The notes beneath the pieces were generated by a model. The model saw only the letters and a list, made by a program, of their open reading frames with translations. It was not told where the DNA came from and searched no databases. A stretch of 64,000 nt of DNA from Caecitellus pseudoparvulus (taxonomy: Eukaryota > Protista > Bigyra: Bicosoecida), in NCBI GenBank assembly GCA_965644315.1, contig CBFFRQ010000024.1, forward strand, positions 7,144 to 71,143, given 5' to 3'. Made by a program: the position numbers and the translations under genes. This document shows positions 21,886 to 34,651 of this stretch, in pieces (position 1 is the stretch's first letter; each line of letters begins with the position of its first letter).

Positions 21886-24800
21886 ATGAAGGCGTGGCCG
21901 ACTGTCGCACAGAGCATACACTGCGAGGCCTCCCACCCATGCTCGCTTCAGCTGCGGAGGACCAGGCTGCGTTGCAGGCTGGCGAGTGCCCTGCGGAAAT
22001 TGCGAGATCCTCAGCCGAGTGCCAGGGAAGTGCTGCAGCGCCACTCCCTGCAGCGCCATGCCGCTCATTGTGTCATGCGAAGTGACGTGTCACTTTGCTA
22101 GTTTCAGGAACCTCGACTTGCTGCGGAAAGGGTCCGTGCGGCGCACAGAGGCGCCAGCCAGCGCCCTCCGCTGCATGCCAACCACGCCCTGCTCCCAGAC
22201 TGTACCGCTTGGAGGTCAAGGTGCTGCCGCCGAGGGACCCCGACCAGCCCGAGCACGCGGAGGAGTGCTACACTTCCAGCATCCCCTACACCTGCTTCGC
22301 GGCTCCTCGCAAGCTCAGCTCCTTTGCAATCTCCAGTGGAGTGGTCAGTCTGGCCCTGCTTCACTGCACTTTCCTTGGCCCACGCTCGCCGCTGCTACGC
22401 CCCCTGCACAGGTCACGGACAGCGCCTCTGGCTCCACCCCCGGCTGCATCAAGGACTCCAGGTCCAGCTACGTGACTCGCTCCGTGCATGTGCGGTACAA
22501 CGACGAGGTCTTTGACTTGAACGAAGGCGCCACCTTCCGGGTGTCTGCGCCGCTGACAGCCTTCGAGGCGGACGCGGTGCGCCTGCTGCTGACCCTGCAC
22601 CACGCGGAGGCAGAAGTGGTGCAGACACCCGACATTGACGCCCAGGGCCTGCTGCCGCGCCACGAAGCCCGCATCGGCATTCGGCGCAAGGGGTTGTTCG
22701 CGCCCGTCGCGCCGCGTACCCTGGCACTGTCAGGACTCCTCTCCGGTTCCATCCACGGCCTTTACCCTGTCATCTTTGACATGAACCACCTTGCTGGCGT
22801 CGACGTGCAGGTGCATGCGGGCGTCACAGGGGTGGCGTTCCAAGCACCCCCTGTGGCCGCACTGGGTGCCGACGCAGCCGCCGCCAGGCCAGACGGCAGG
22901 CCAGACTCCCAGACAACCCCACCTGGCCAGGCCTCCAGCGGCATCGCATCCTGGCTGCGTCGCATGACAGTGGGGAGTGACGCAGGCCAGCTGCACACCC
23001 CACAGCGCAGCCCCGTGCTCGTGCCGCCGTCGGCATTCAAGCACAGTTCTTCCGGCCCCAGCACCCGCCCAGCTCAACGGTCCACCGGCCCCACGCGGCG
23101 CGGAGCGTCAGATGCAGACGTTCCCACGAACCCAGCTTTGCGCGCAGCGTCCCCTTGGTACATCGACTCGCTCTGGCGGTTTCTCTTTGCCAACCCCAGC
23201 CCGCCTGCAGTGCTGGCGGCATGCCCACACCTGCCACACGGTTCTGTGAAGACTGCAGCGGACCAAGTGCCCCCTGGGGCCATTCACCGCGCACATCAAC
23301 TCATGTTACTGCCCCTGCTGCGCACGTATGCCAGTTTGCTAGCCTTCGCTTCCGCTGCGTCGTTGTTGAGTGAAGTGCGCAGGGCACACGTGGCAGCAGG
23401 CGGCACTGGCAGCAGCGTCGCGAGCAGAGCGCACGGGCAGCGGACACCCAGCATTTGCCAAACGCCACGCACACTGCAGCATGCAGACGGCACCAGCAGC
23501 GAGTCCGTCCTGCCCCCTCGACGGGGCAGCTACAGCCGCTTGCGAGCAGCGACAGTGGAAGGCCGCCCCGCCGGGCACGCGTCCGTGCCACTGGACAGCA
23601 TTCTCCCGCTGCCGAACTTGCCATTTGCACTGCAAGCGCTGGTTCAGGCAGCTGGGGGGCGGGCAGTGGTGTTCGCAGACCTACATGTGCTGCTCCCCCA
23701 GGGGCAGTACGGCGACACACGTTCCACGCGCACGGCAGGCTTCGATGCACCCTCCACCGCTGCCACACGTGCACAGCGCAGGCGTCGCAGCACGCCCGAT
23801 TTCAGCATTCCAGATGACGTGACGGATGGCTTTGGGGTGGCGTTTCAGGGTGCCAGCGTCCCTGGCAATCCGCCGGTTACCCTGCAGCCGTTCGCGTCGC
23901 GTTGCCGGTCGCACTCTGCCGGGGACGTCGCCACAGCCCTGCTGCAGGAGATGCAGCATGTTCGCCAGCACTTGTTTGCTGCGTGGGTTGAAGTCGGCAG
24001 CTTGCTGGTGGGCATTAGCGACAGCATCGGGCCGTGTCTTCGGCGGGCTTGGCGTGGCGTCGCGGCTGCGGCTGCGCTACGTGGCAGCATGAAGCGTGTG
24101 TTCTGGACCGGCCACGTACCACCCCCGCTGCCAGTACTGGTGCCAGGGGAAGTCCCTGTGCCGGTCAACCTCCTTGTGCCAGGCGCTGGCGCCCGACCAC
24201 CTGCGGCGGACAGCGCTGACGAGTGGGACGAGGCAGACACGGTGCCACTGCCGAACGAAGATGCGCCCTATGGGCACAGCACTGCCAACCACATCGCCCT
24301 TACAGTGGCGGCAGTTGTGTCGGACACCTTGCGCCAGCCTGAGCTCGGGGCTGGGAGGGGGGGGGCCTCAGCTGCCCGCCCGCCGCCCCCGCCAACGGTG
24401 CCTCGACCTCCGACACCTGCCCAGCCTGCGCCACCACTGCCCCGAGAAGCCAGCTATGAGTGGAGCACGTTCGCCGGTGCGACGGCTTCTGCCATGACAG
24501 AAGCGCCGCCCGACAGCCCGACCACAGGTCGCATGAAGGACATGCCCAGCACATCGGCACTGCAAAACAGAGCCTACCCACTGCACGCGACGGCATACGC
24601 TGAGCCGTACCATCACGCTGCGCTGGCGTTGCAGCCGCTCGGCATGCCCATGGATGTGTCGCCCAGCACAGCGGCCTCGTACATGCAAGGATTGTGCCGA
24701 TTGCATGGTCTCCTGGAGCTGTACACGGCGCACAACCCAGCGGTGCAGCCACGAGCGTCCTCTCCTGCAGACCTGCTGCAAGCTGTGCTGTTTGGGCCAG

Positions 24801-27298
24801 GGGCAGCGCAGCACTTGAGTGCCACGCCGAGCTCAACAGCGCGGGGCCGGCTGTCTCAGCTGCGCGCCGAGTCTACTCGCCGGTGTGCTCTGGACGTGGA
24901 TGCGATGTGCCGCTGGAGTTGGCGCGCGTTCGATGCCGTGGCGGCTTCCGCTGTGGCTGGCCTGCGCCAACTTGAGATGGGGGCTGCAACGGGGCGTGGC
25001 GCGCCTCGTGGCCTGTCACTGCAGGCGCCACCCGCTGTGCCTGGCAGTGACCCCACCGGGCAAGACATTTCCGATGTGCCTCTGGAGGATGCCGCACTGC
25101 CGGGGCTCGCGGCAGTGTGTCGGGGTGCGGAGGAGCGCGGGCTGTGGGAGGTGACTGACGGCAGCGACGATGGCCGAGTGCTGGGAAAGTGCGGCGAGTT
25201 GGTGTGTGACGATGACGCTGCGCGGGCATGCAGCGACCTGTGGATGCTGCAAGGCGCCAAACCAGTGTGGGAGGTGGACACGTACACGTACACGTCTGAC
25301 TGGCTGGAGGGGCGGCAGGTGGCCGATGAAGCAGAGGGCGAAGACGCCAGGCGCGCTGTACAAGCCATCACTGCCTTCACCTGTGAAGACGATGCTCACA
25401 AACGCCTCTTTCTACGGTCCGTCCCTGCGGAGGAAGTGGGGCAGGCGTTCCCGCCCGGCTCCCCCGCCAGTGCTTTGCGGACGTACGGCGGGGCGGGCGA
25501 TGGACTGGACATGGAGGCTGCAGTGGAGGGTGTCCCGGTGCTGGACGACCGCACTGCGAACTGCGGTGTCCATGTCATCGTCATGCAGAACGGCATGAAC
25601 GGCACCATGCACGACATGCGCAGCATGCGAGCGTACTTGAAGGTCCTGTACCCCGCATGCTTGGTGTTCACCGCTCGCAAAAACCAAGGCACGGCGACAG
25701 AAGACAGCCTCATCACCGCTGGCCAGCGCTTGGCGGAGGAAGTAGACGACTTCATCACCAAGAAAGTGCTCATGAGCGGGCTGAAGCTGGCTCGCCTGTC
25801 GTTCGTCGCGTTTTCGCTGGGCGGTGTCATCACGCGCCTTGCACTGCGGCACCCCAGCCTGGCGGTGCATGCTCAGCACTTGCACGCGTTCATCACACTA
25901 GCATCTCCGCACCTGGGCATGGCGCATGGAAACACGGCCCTGTTCGACGCGGGGGTCTTTTTTGTGCGCAAGTGGCGCAGGTCTGTCGCACTGGAGCAGC
26001 TCAGCTTGCAGGATGAGCAAGTGCGGGCTGCATGCCTGCTGCGCCTGCTATCGTCAGGGTGGAACACGACCTCTGAGGAGGAGGTTGCCAATCGCGACTC
26101 CCTGCTTGCCCTCATAACCTCAGGCAAGCGTGGGCAGCACCTGCGGCCACTGCTGGGCGCTGTCACAGCCGCTGCCCGGCGCAGCTCAGCCAACGCCCGG
26201 CGCACTGGCGCCATCACGGCGGGCCTGTCCATGTTTGCTGCGGCGGCGGCCCCTGCCATGCTACGCAAGCCCGGGCGCACGATTAAGGTGGGCAGGTCCT
26301 CAGCGTCGAACATGTCCCTGAACACACAAGAGCTTGAGCTCACAGCTCAGGCAGCAGCGGGCGCTGAGGCGGAGACAAGCGATGTGGCGGAAGGTGCGGC
26401 CAGTGGTGAAGGGGACAGCCCTGTGGAAGGCACCACTGAGGGCGTTGAGGACGCGGTACTGGCCGGTGTGGCTGACGCTGTGCCGTTGCCGGCAGACACA
26501 GACACGCCGCACTCGGTGCCTGCAGGGGAGGTGGAGGGCGGGGCAGAGACACCCACACCGCCTGCCAGTGAGATGCAGGCACTCCCGCCACACCCTCAAC
26601 CCACTCATGGCGAGGCGGCACTGTATGCGACGCCCACGTACCAAGCTCTCGCCGCGGCTGGCCTGTGGTGCGGGCCCGAGGGTGCCATGCTGAGGCACTT
26701 CAAGCACATCCTGCTGGTGGGCTCTCCCCAGGACAAGTACACGCCCTTCCACTCCTGCCGCTGCGAGCTGCTGGCAGGTGCTCGTGAGGACCCTGAAGTG
26801 TGGGGAGACCTGCCTAGTCTCCTGGAGGGCGTGTGGGAGGGCGTGGACATGCGCCGGGTGAGCCGCTTGTCCGCCACGTTCAAGTTGTCCGAGCGGGCGC
26901 TGTCCATGGACGCGGTGATTGGCCGAGAGGCACACTTGGCCTTCCTGGAGTCCCGTGATGCCGCCGCATGGCTGGCACTGGCCCTGGCCCCTGTGTTCGA
27001 GACGCCCGTGCCAGGCAGGGGATACCGCCGCAGTGAGCTGGAATCCCCCCACAAACCCCTCGCCTCCACCCTGCCACCCCCCAACGAACTGCTGGGCATG
27101 CTGGACGTCCTGGAAGATGGGGGCCAGGCGCCTGGGCCTGCACAGGCGACGCGGGACCTCTCAAACAACCCCGTCCTACCGGGGCTTCTACCGCACTTGG
27201 ACTTCCTACCACCCCACTTGGCAGCAGTGGGCGGCGGCTTCGAGGACGGTCCAGTGGACTGGGAGCACGTGGCGGCAGGGCACGCCCACGTCATTTGA
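21886..27298 (+). CDS. FAM135: FAM135-like protein with a C-terminal DUF676 alpha/beta-hydrolase domain
   Basis: N-terminal FRNLDLLRKG-LYRLEV and YNDEVFDLNE. C-terminal VHVIVMQNGMNG..DM, GQRLAEEV, LSFVAFSLGG, LASPHLG, GSPQDKY, IGREAHLAFL. Start codon and 5' exons are approximate. Confidence 0.85.
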
Positions 27299-27369
27299 GC
27301 CAAGGGGGTGGGAAGAACTGGCATTTCTGCTCACGCCTCGACATGGAATGCATTCAGCGGACTAACGGC

Positions 27370-28741
27370 TCACACTCGAGCGTCACTGCCTTGTGGCGCT
27401 GGCGCACTCGAAGGGTCGGTGTCCGTGTCAGGGCTGCTCTGAGGCTCTGCGGCCTTGCCTTCTGCGGCTTCGCTGATGGCGTCCGCCTTGGCTGGGAGAG
27501 ACTCTGCCGCCGCCCCAGCTGGTGCGCCCTCACTCTCAGGTGCTGCAGAGGCCTGCGCTGTGCCGTCAGCCTTGGCGACGTGGGCCTTGGCCTTCTCAAT
27601 GGTGCCGTCCACCGTCGCCTCCACGACACGGTACGCGTGCGCCAGGCGGGTCATGCCTGCGCGCAGAGTGGCGTTGGACGCTGCACGCTGATGCAGCCCT
27701 GATGCTGCGGCGCTGGCGGAGTCCACGACTGACTTCCACTTGGACGCCGCGCGCTCGCTGATCTTGTGCTCCGTGTCATAGTCCTGCCACTTCTGCGCTG
27801 TGCTGGCTGCAGCCGCAGAGACGCTGGCCACGACAGGCAGCTGAGTGAACGCCTTTACGGCACCCTCAGCCTTGCCTGCCAAGTCCCCAGCCCAGTGCGT
27901 GACTCGGGCCCAGCCACGCTGTCCACGCATGTAGCCCTCCGCCAAGAAGCCAGCCACTGGGGCGCTGGCGTATGCTGAGCTGTCGTACCGCCCGGGGTAC
28001 TGCACTGTAGGTACTGCGTCCGACGCAGTCGAGGCACTGGCTCCCGTGAACGCTCCAGCCATGACGACACTGACAGTGTAGGCACCCACAGCCTGGCCGT
28101 CCCGCTCCAAGGCGGCCTCTGCGTGCTCAGGTGTAGCAAAGACCACCAGCGCCTGGCAAGTGCCTGCCTCTGCTGATGCGGCGTCACCGGAAGACCTGCG
28201 TGAGGTGGGCGACACTGAGGATGCCGCGGGTGTGTGATGGAGCAGCGGCGCGTGCGCAGCTCACCGTTGGGCGATGCTCTTCTGCATGCCGGCCCCAGGG
28301 CCAAAGAGGTCTCCAATGGTCTTGTCCAGGGCTGGGCCCTCCAGCGGCGGCAGGCCTCGCACTTCCACTGTGCAGCGCAGCTCGGCTGGCGTCACGACGC
28401 TGTCCGCGACGGCAGGCGTGCTGGAGCCGCCCGTCCCAGAACGGGTGACAAACACGGTCGAGGTGTTGCCGATAAATAGTTCGCTAAGAGTCTGTGTGCC
28501 GCCACGCTCTAGGACCATGCTCTCTGTGAGGGGGGGCATGGAAGGTTGCAAGCCAGGGTGCCGTTTCCTGGAACCTTCTGCCGCTCGCACCGTGTGTGAT
28601 GGACTGGACATCAGGGATCCGTTGCCGCACGGCATCCCACACCTGCCCCGTCGTTGTGGATGAACCGTTAGGCAGGTCGATGTAGATGGTCTCGGCATCC
28701 TCCAGGGGAAGCACAATGGCTGACAACTGCATGGAAGCCAT
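27370..28741 (-). CDS. RRM protein of the Vip1/BPA1-like type with a possible ubiquitin-like N-terminal segment
   Basis: RNP2-like TVEVRGLP and RNP1-like ALVVFATPEHAEAALERDG. Downstream FLAEGY and YDTEHKISER resemble Vip1/BPA1. Introns present. Confidence 0.6.
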
Positions 28742-29017
28742 CCTTCGATTTCCGCAGGCAAGCACTCTGAACTGCTCGTTGGTCCACGTTTTGGGGGCCC
28801 TGACAATATGATAATGGCTTCTACAATGACAATTTTTAATACACTGATTTGTTGGTGTTTTTGAGAGTTGCTTCAGATTTGTTCGCAGTGGACTTGTGGG
28901 ACCCCTGCTTGCTTGACCTGAGCATGATGCCACCGTACATCTTCAATGAAAAACACTTCCGCACTCAGCCCTTGCCATTGCGGTCAACCTGCCCCATGAA
29001 TACAAGGATCAGTACAT

Positions 29018-32000
29018 TCACTTCTTGCCCTTCGCTGCCCCGCCATCCTCGCCGCTGTCGCTGCCTTCCCACTCATCGTCGCCGCTGCCATATCCTCCGC
29101 TTTCGCTCCTCGGTGCAGCAGAGGCGGCCTCTCGCCCCGAGCCGCCTTGCCCACCAGCACTCGCGACCTTTGCCTTTTCCTTCGAATCCAAGGCAGGCTC
29201 CGCCTGTCCATCCTCTGCCCCGCGTGGAAGCCCCCCCTGATCAGCTAGAGCGCCCACCCCGCCCCCTGACCGCTGAGACTCACGCGACGCCCGCTCGGCC
29301 ACGGCGGCTGACACTGCATCTTCTGCGCTAGTCAGGCGCTGGATGCGAGCCATGAGATCCCCCAGACCCTCAGCAGCTTCTGACGCGCCCTGTGATGCCG
29401 CCGCAATGCTGCCAGACACTGGCTGTGTGCCACCTGCTACTGGAGTCGCCGGCTGTGTTGTTGGTCCCATACTCTGCGCTGTAGACACATCTTGGTCTGC
29501 CTGGGTGGCAAGTGCACGTGGGGCCACCTCATCGCCCCAAAGGTCCACCCGACGCTGTGCAGTGCCTCCCCCCGCCAAGGCCAGGTGGAACTTGGAGGGG
29601 CCTTGCAGGCCGGGAGCCGCCCAGGCTTCGGCAGCATTGTGCCCGAGGCGGAACACATGGCGCACCTCCCGACAGCGCCAGAACACCAGCAGTTCGCGAG
29701 TTGTCGTGCAGTACTGTACACCAAGCCCCTTCCCGCAGACGTACCGCCTGACAGCAGCAGGTGAGTCAGTCATGGCTCCAGTGCGTTTCTTTGCCGCAGG
29801 AGGGGTGGCCTTACCCCCACTTGATGCTGGGCTCGTGCTGGGCACAGTCCACGTGACGTCTCCCTTCGTATCCCAACGAGCGCGAACACGCCCCCCCCCG
29901 TCGTACTCCCGCCCACTTCCATCCGCGTTCAGCAACGCCACTACCTTCCCATCCGCCGTGCTCACTGTCCCAGCGCCCAGGGCATCCACCGCAAGGACGG
30001 GTTTGCGGCCACCACTCTCGGCAGAATTCGCCTCAATGCGGTACAGACGCACCCGACTGGCCAGGGAGGCTTCCACAGCAGCTGGCTCGGGAGCACTCTT
30101 GCCCTGCGCCGCACACCACGCCCGCACACGGGCCTGCAAGAACTGGCGCCGGGCGACGATGTCGGGGCTCACTGCCACTGCTAGGCCCCCCTTGAACCAC
30201 GCAGCGGCGGCTGTGCCGTCCGCCCGCACTGCCAGGGCTGTACCAGGGGCTAGCGCACTGGTGGGGGCGGCGCTGCCAGCGGAAGCGGCAGAGCGAGCCG
30301 ACAGAGGCGGCAGTGACCCCGTGGCGTCTGAGCGGCCGGAAGCAACACTGCCACCGCCGTCCTTGCCGTCACCCTCCACAGCGTAGATGACTCGGTACAG
30401 CTCCTGTTCCGTGTCCACAGTCGGAACACGGGGACCCAGGTCCAGAGCAGCCTCTGCCTGTTCCGGCGACAGGCCCCCTGTGCTGAGGGGGGGCGACACC
30501 CCCCCCACGCGGGCCAGACCTGGGATACCCCCACTCGCTGCAGCCGACTGCGCCACTGTACTGAGGGGTTTGGAGCCTTGTGCCCCCTTGCCACGCCTGG
30601 CTCCACCTGCGCCTCGGGACTGCGCCGCTTTGGCAGCTCGGCGGGCAGCTGGGAGCGAGGACTTGGAGTGCAGGGGGCTTCGTGGTCCCTCCCGCACTGG
30701 ACCGGGCGTCTGCACGGGGGGGCGCGGCTTCCGAGTCTTGCGGGCAGGGGGCTTCACTGCAGGGAGTGCCCCCCCCGTCCCGCCCTTTGCGAGCGACGCA
30801 CTGGCACTGTCCACCTCAGCGAGCAGGGCGCGGGCAGAAGCCAGGGATTCTGCAGCTGAGGATGCACTGCTGCTGACGCTGGCTGGCCCACCCTTGCTGG
30901 GCCCCTTGCCTCGGCGCCTGCGACGAGCTGCCTTGGTCGCGGAGCCACTGCCATCCCGCAACACGCCCCCCACTGCGCCATGCCCCTTGGACCGAGACGC
31001 GATCATGCCTAGCAGGCGCTTGGCGTGGGCAGTTTTGAGGAAGGCGGCTGCGAAGTCTCGCGTGGCGCGAGAGATGACCTCAACAGTCACGCCGGCAGCG
31101 CCCTTCACAAAGGCGACACCAGCGCCAGTGGAGGACGCAGCCATGTGGCGGTTGCCAGCACCCTCCGTGTCTGCCGACACTTTGCGCTCGCCGAAGCGAC
31201 TCAGCATGGTGCTGCTGCCGAAGGTGCTCTTGGAGGCGGCGGTGGCTGGCCCGTCAGACGGCCCCGCTGCTGTGTGGCCCTTAGCGCGACGCACAGGGCT
31301 GCCGACAGGCACAGGAGCCAGAAGTTCGGCGATGTGGGCAGCCCTGGAGGCGGTGTTGGGCACGGTGTCGGGGTGGTGGGGACTGCCTGTAACCAGCGTG
31401 CCAGTCACCTGGGCCAGGGTGGTGGGGGCGCCCTCCCCGCCACCTGGCGGCTGGGGCGGGCGCGTGGATGCTCCCCCTCCCCCCTGCTGCCCCTCCCGTG
31501 GCACGTCCTCCGCCGCGCTGCCGGTGTTGGCAGCCAGGGTGCGGGGAGCGCCCAGAGCCAGGCTGGTGCTGGTGTCCACTTCCGTGTCCAGACCAGTCAC
31601 CATGCGCTGCAGGGTGTAGCAGGTGGCGATGAGGAAGTACCGTGCGACATCGGGCTGCACAGCCTCGGGGTCGGTGCCGTCGGCCGCCAGGGTGGGCGTT
31701 TGTGCCGCTGACGACGCTGAGCGGGGAGGCAGGCGGCTCAGGCACGGGTTGCCCTCCACCACCAGCGTGGCCAGGATGGGCTGGGCAGCCAGCACCACGC
31801 CCAGTGCAGTGAGGTCGTTCAGCGCATTGTGCGCCACGCACAGCTCCTGCAGGGCCTTGCAGGGGGGCAGGCCTGCCAGGGACCCCATGCGGTTGTGCGC
31901 CAGCGACAGGCGCTCCAGCTTGGGCAGCGAGCCCAGCTGCTCCAGGTGCAATGGCTCGTCGGAGGCCCCCAGCAAGTTATGGTCGAAATTGACGTACGTC

Positions 32001-32502
32001 AGAGCCGCGTTCATGGAGAGATCCGGCAGCGCAAGCAGCTTGTTGAACTGCAGCAGGGTCGTGGAGCAGGGCAGGTGAAGTGAGCGGCAGCGTGTCGCAG
32101 CGGCCAGGGGCACCCACCTTGGCCACCAACGTGCACAGTTGCGGCAGGGCCTCCAGTCCAGAAATGTCTGTTAGACCCTGTGGCACAAGCATGCGGTCGG
32201 CAGTGAGCAGCTGCCAGCCAGCAAAGCGTGCGGGGGCACCGTGCGGAAATTGCTGGCGGCTGCTGGCAGAAACCGACCTGTCCAGACAAGTTCAGCTCCA
32301 CGACTTGCGACGCCTGCAGCCCGCGCGGCGTGAAAGGCACGCCCTTCCTGAATTCCACAGTCCACACATTGTGCCGCTCGGCGTCATGCACGTCCACCTC
32401 AGCAGTCAGCTCCTCCCGGTCCCGCCCGAGCGACGGCTGGCTCGCCACGCCCACGCCATGCGCCGTGCTGGCGAGACTGGACGAGGCAGAGAGCGCCGGC
32501 AT
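29018..32502 (-). CDS. LRR protein with a C-terminal FAM194/ERICH6-like beta-rich domain (probably ciliary)
   Basis: N-terminal SDS22-like LRRs (ELNLSGQ-GLTDISGLEALPQL, LSLAHNRMGSL, LVVEGNP). The C-terminal AWFKGGLAVAV...GAGTVSTADGKVV...GREYDGGGRVRARW...GLGVQY resembles FAM194. Two 5' introns. Confidence 0.65.
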
Positions 32503-32696
32503 GGCGCCCACGCAGAGCAGTACGTGGCACTGCACGAGACGTTTTCCAGTTCAAGCAGTGGGATCACCGGGCACACTCAGTTGTTTTGTTTTGAGCTGCG
32601 TGCAACTCGACCAAGCTATCCGTGAAGTGAAATTGGATTGCAAGTACGATGCGCCATCAGGAAAACCATCCAGTGTGCCTCCATCCCCCCCCCGAC

Positions 32697-34408
32697 TCAA
32701 AACATTGCAGACCGTTCAGGCATCTCCACGGCTGCAGCTTTGGGAGCCGCCGATGCCGAGGCGGCAGGCGACTTGCCCAACCTGGCCAGGGGACTCGTGT
32801 GTAGACCATCACCGCTGCTGTCGCTGGCAGACATCGCTTGTCGGGCAGCATGGCCACCCGGGTGGCGGTGAGCATGACACAGGGGTGTCACCCACAAAGC
32901 CAGGAGGGTGCCTAGACAGCTCATGCTCAGCAATACTGCCCACAGCGAGGCAAGGCCCTCCCCGCTGAACTCAGTGCACATGCCCTTCACCAGGGGCTCG
33001 ACAATTTTGGGCTTGACGTTCCCACAAGCCACAAGCGCAACGATCACGCCAGTCTTCGCATTCACTGCCGCAGCAGCCGTCTCGATGTTGACCAGCGCAG
33101 CTTGAACGTTTGCGTCGCTTGCCAAGGAGGAGTTCTTTGCGGCGCCCACCTCGGCTGCGACGAGGGCTTGGGAAGTGCGGGAAGAGTAGTAAAAGTTCGC
33201 CACCTCCCCGTACAGTCCCGGTGCTGTGAAGTTGGGGTTTGTGATTGGCGTGTCTGCGTTGGTGCACTCGACGTAGTAGGCGAGGGTCGGCTGCCCGTCG
33301 CCGATGGAGTGCACCAGGCTGTGCTGCGGGTCGGCGCAGAAGTCAGACATGGCCATGGCCAACACACACAGCACAGCAGTGGCCAGCCACAGCACGAGAA
33401 GCATGATCTTGTTCAGAAACATGGAGCACTTGAACACGTGCACGCAGGGTGCGATGGGCGTGAGCGCAATCGCCATGAACACGACCGTAGCACACACTGC
33501 GCCGGCGAGGGCGAAGCCTGCCATGTCAACATTCTGCTGCACCTGTGTCTTTGCGTCATCGATCTGCTTCTGTCCCTCCTGGGTGACTTGACTTGTTGTG
33601 GCCTCGGCTGATACGAGCAAGACGGAAGCGCTTGCCGTTTGTATCTTTGCGTTGACGAGTCCCTGCGTGGATGAAGGAGGCGCGCCTGCTGTCTGCATGC
33701 TGTCCACGGCAGCTTGAATGTTGCCCTCGAGCACAGTCATTTCGTTCCCCAGGTCCACCATTGCCGTGCCGATGCCGCCGATGAGGGCGAGCACGCCAGA
33801 GCCAGCATCCATCGTGGTTGTGACACCTTTGCCCATGTTGCTCACGGAGGTGAAGATTCCCACTCCCAGGAGCAAGTGGACGAGGCACAGGCCAAGGGTG
33901 CCGATGAACAGGATTTTCAGGTTTCGAGACTCCTTCTGCTGGTGCTCTGCGAGAGCCCCCTCCCCTTTCGGTGCTGGGCGGGCGGCACCACGGCAGCAAA
34001 TGGCCGTTGCAGGGTTGCCCCCGCATCTGGCGCAGCAGAAGGCGGCGCAGTACGTCACCGTGATGATAAAGAAAATAATCACGCCAATGATTGCGATGGT
34101 AAGCGCAGAGGATGCCTGTGGCAGGCAGGGGGGTTCATGGCGGGCAGTGCGGACTTTGCCACTCAGAGGGCAAGCTGTGCATGAACACAGCAGTTGCACC
34201 ACGCACCAAGCCCTCCATCCAATTCTGCACCGCTTGGGTATCAGAAAGGGCAGGGAATTCATTTGGCACTTGCTGCCCCGCAAAGTTTGAGCGCGGCTGC
34301 GACGTTAGGGAGGGTGTGCAAGGACAGTGCGCTGCAGTGCCGAGTCAACGCTGAGCGGGGCAGGCTCACCTGCTCGTGCAGGAACTGCATTGTGCCGCTG
34401 TCTGCCAT
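32697..34408 (-). CDS. Tweety-like multi-pass membrane protein (paralog A)
   Basis: Exons MADSGTMQFLHEQ / PRSNFAGQQVPNEFP... then about 5 TM helices with a long helical ectodomain. Tweety hallmarks SDFCADP, LAYYVEC, C.....V.PLVKGMC and a final TM. Confidence 0.75.
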
Positions 34409-34651
34409 GGCAAGACAGGCTCTTGGGCGGGGCTACAGTATGCTGGTAGACAGGCGCTTGTCTGTGGCAAAGACTGCGCTGGGCGCAATGAATGCTGCAG
34501 GCGCGGATGCTTTTGAGAGACTGCCGTGCATTGTCCGGCCCTTGCCTGAGCTGGGCGACAGCCTGAGCCACGTGATCCGAGTGGCACAGCGAAAGTTCAC
34601 ATGCACACATACGAGGCGAGCAGCCATGCTCCCATGGCCGAGCAGCACAGC

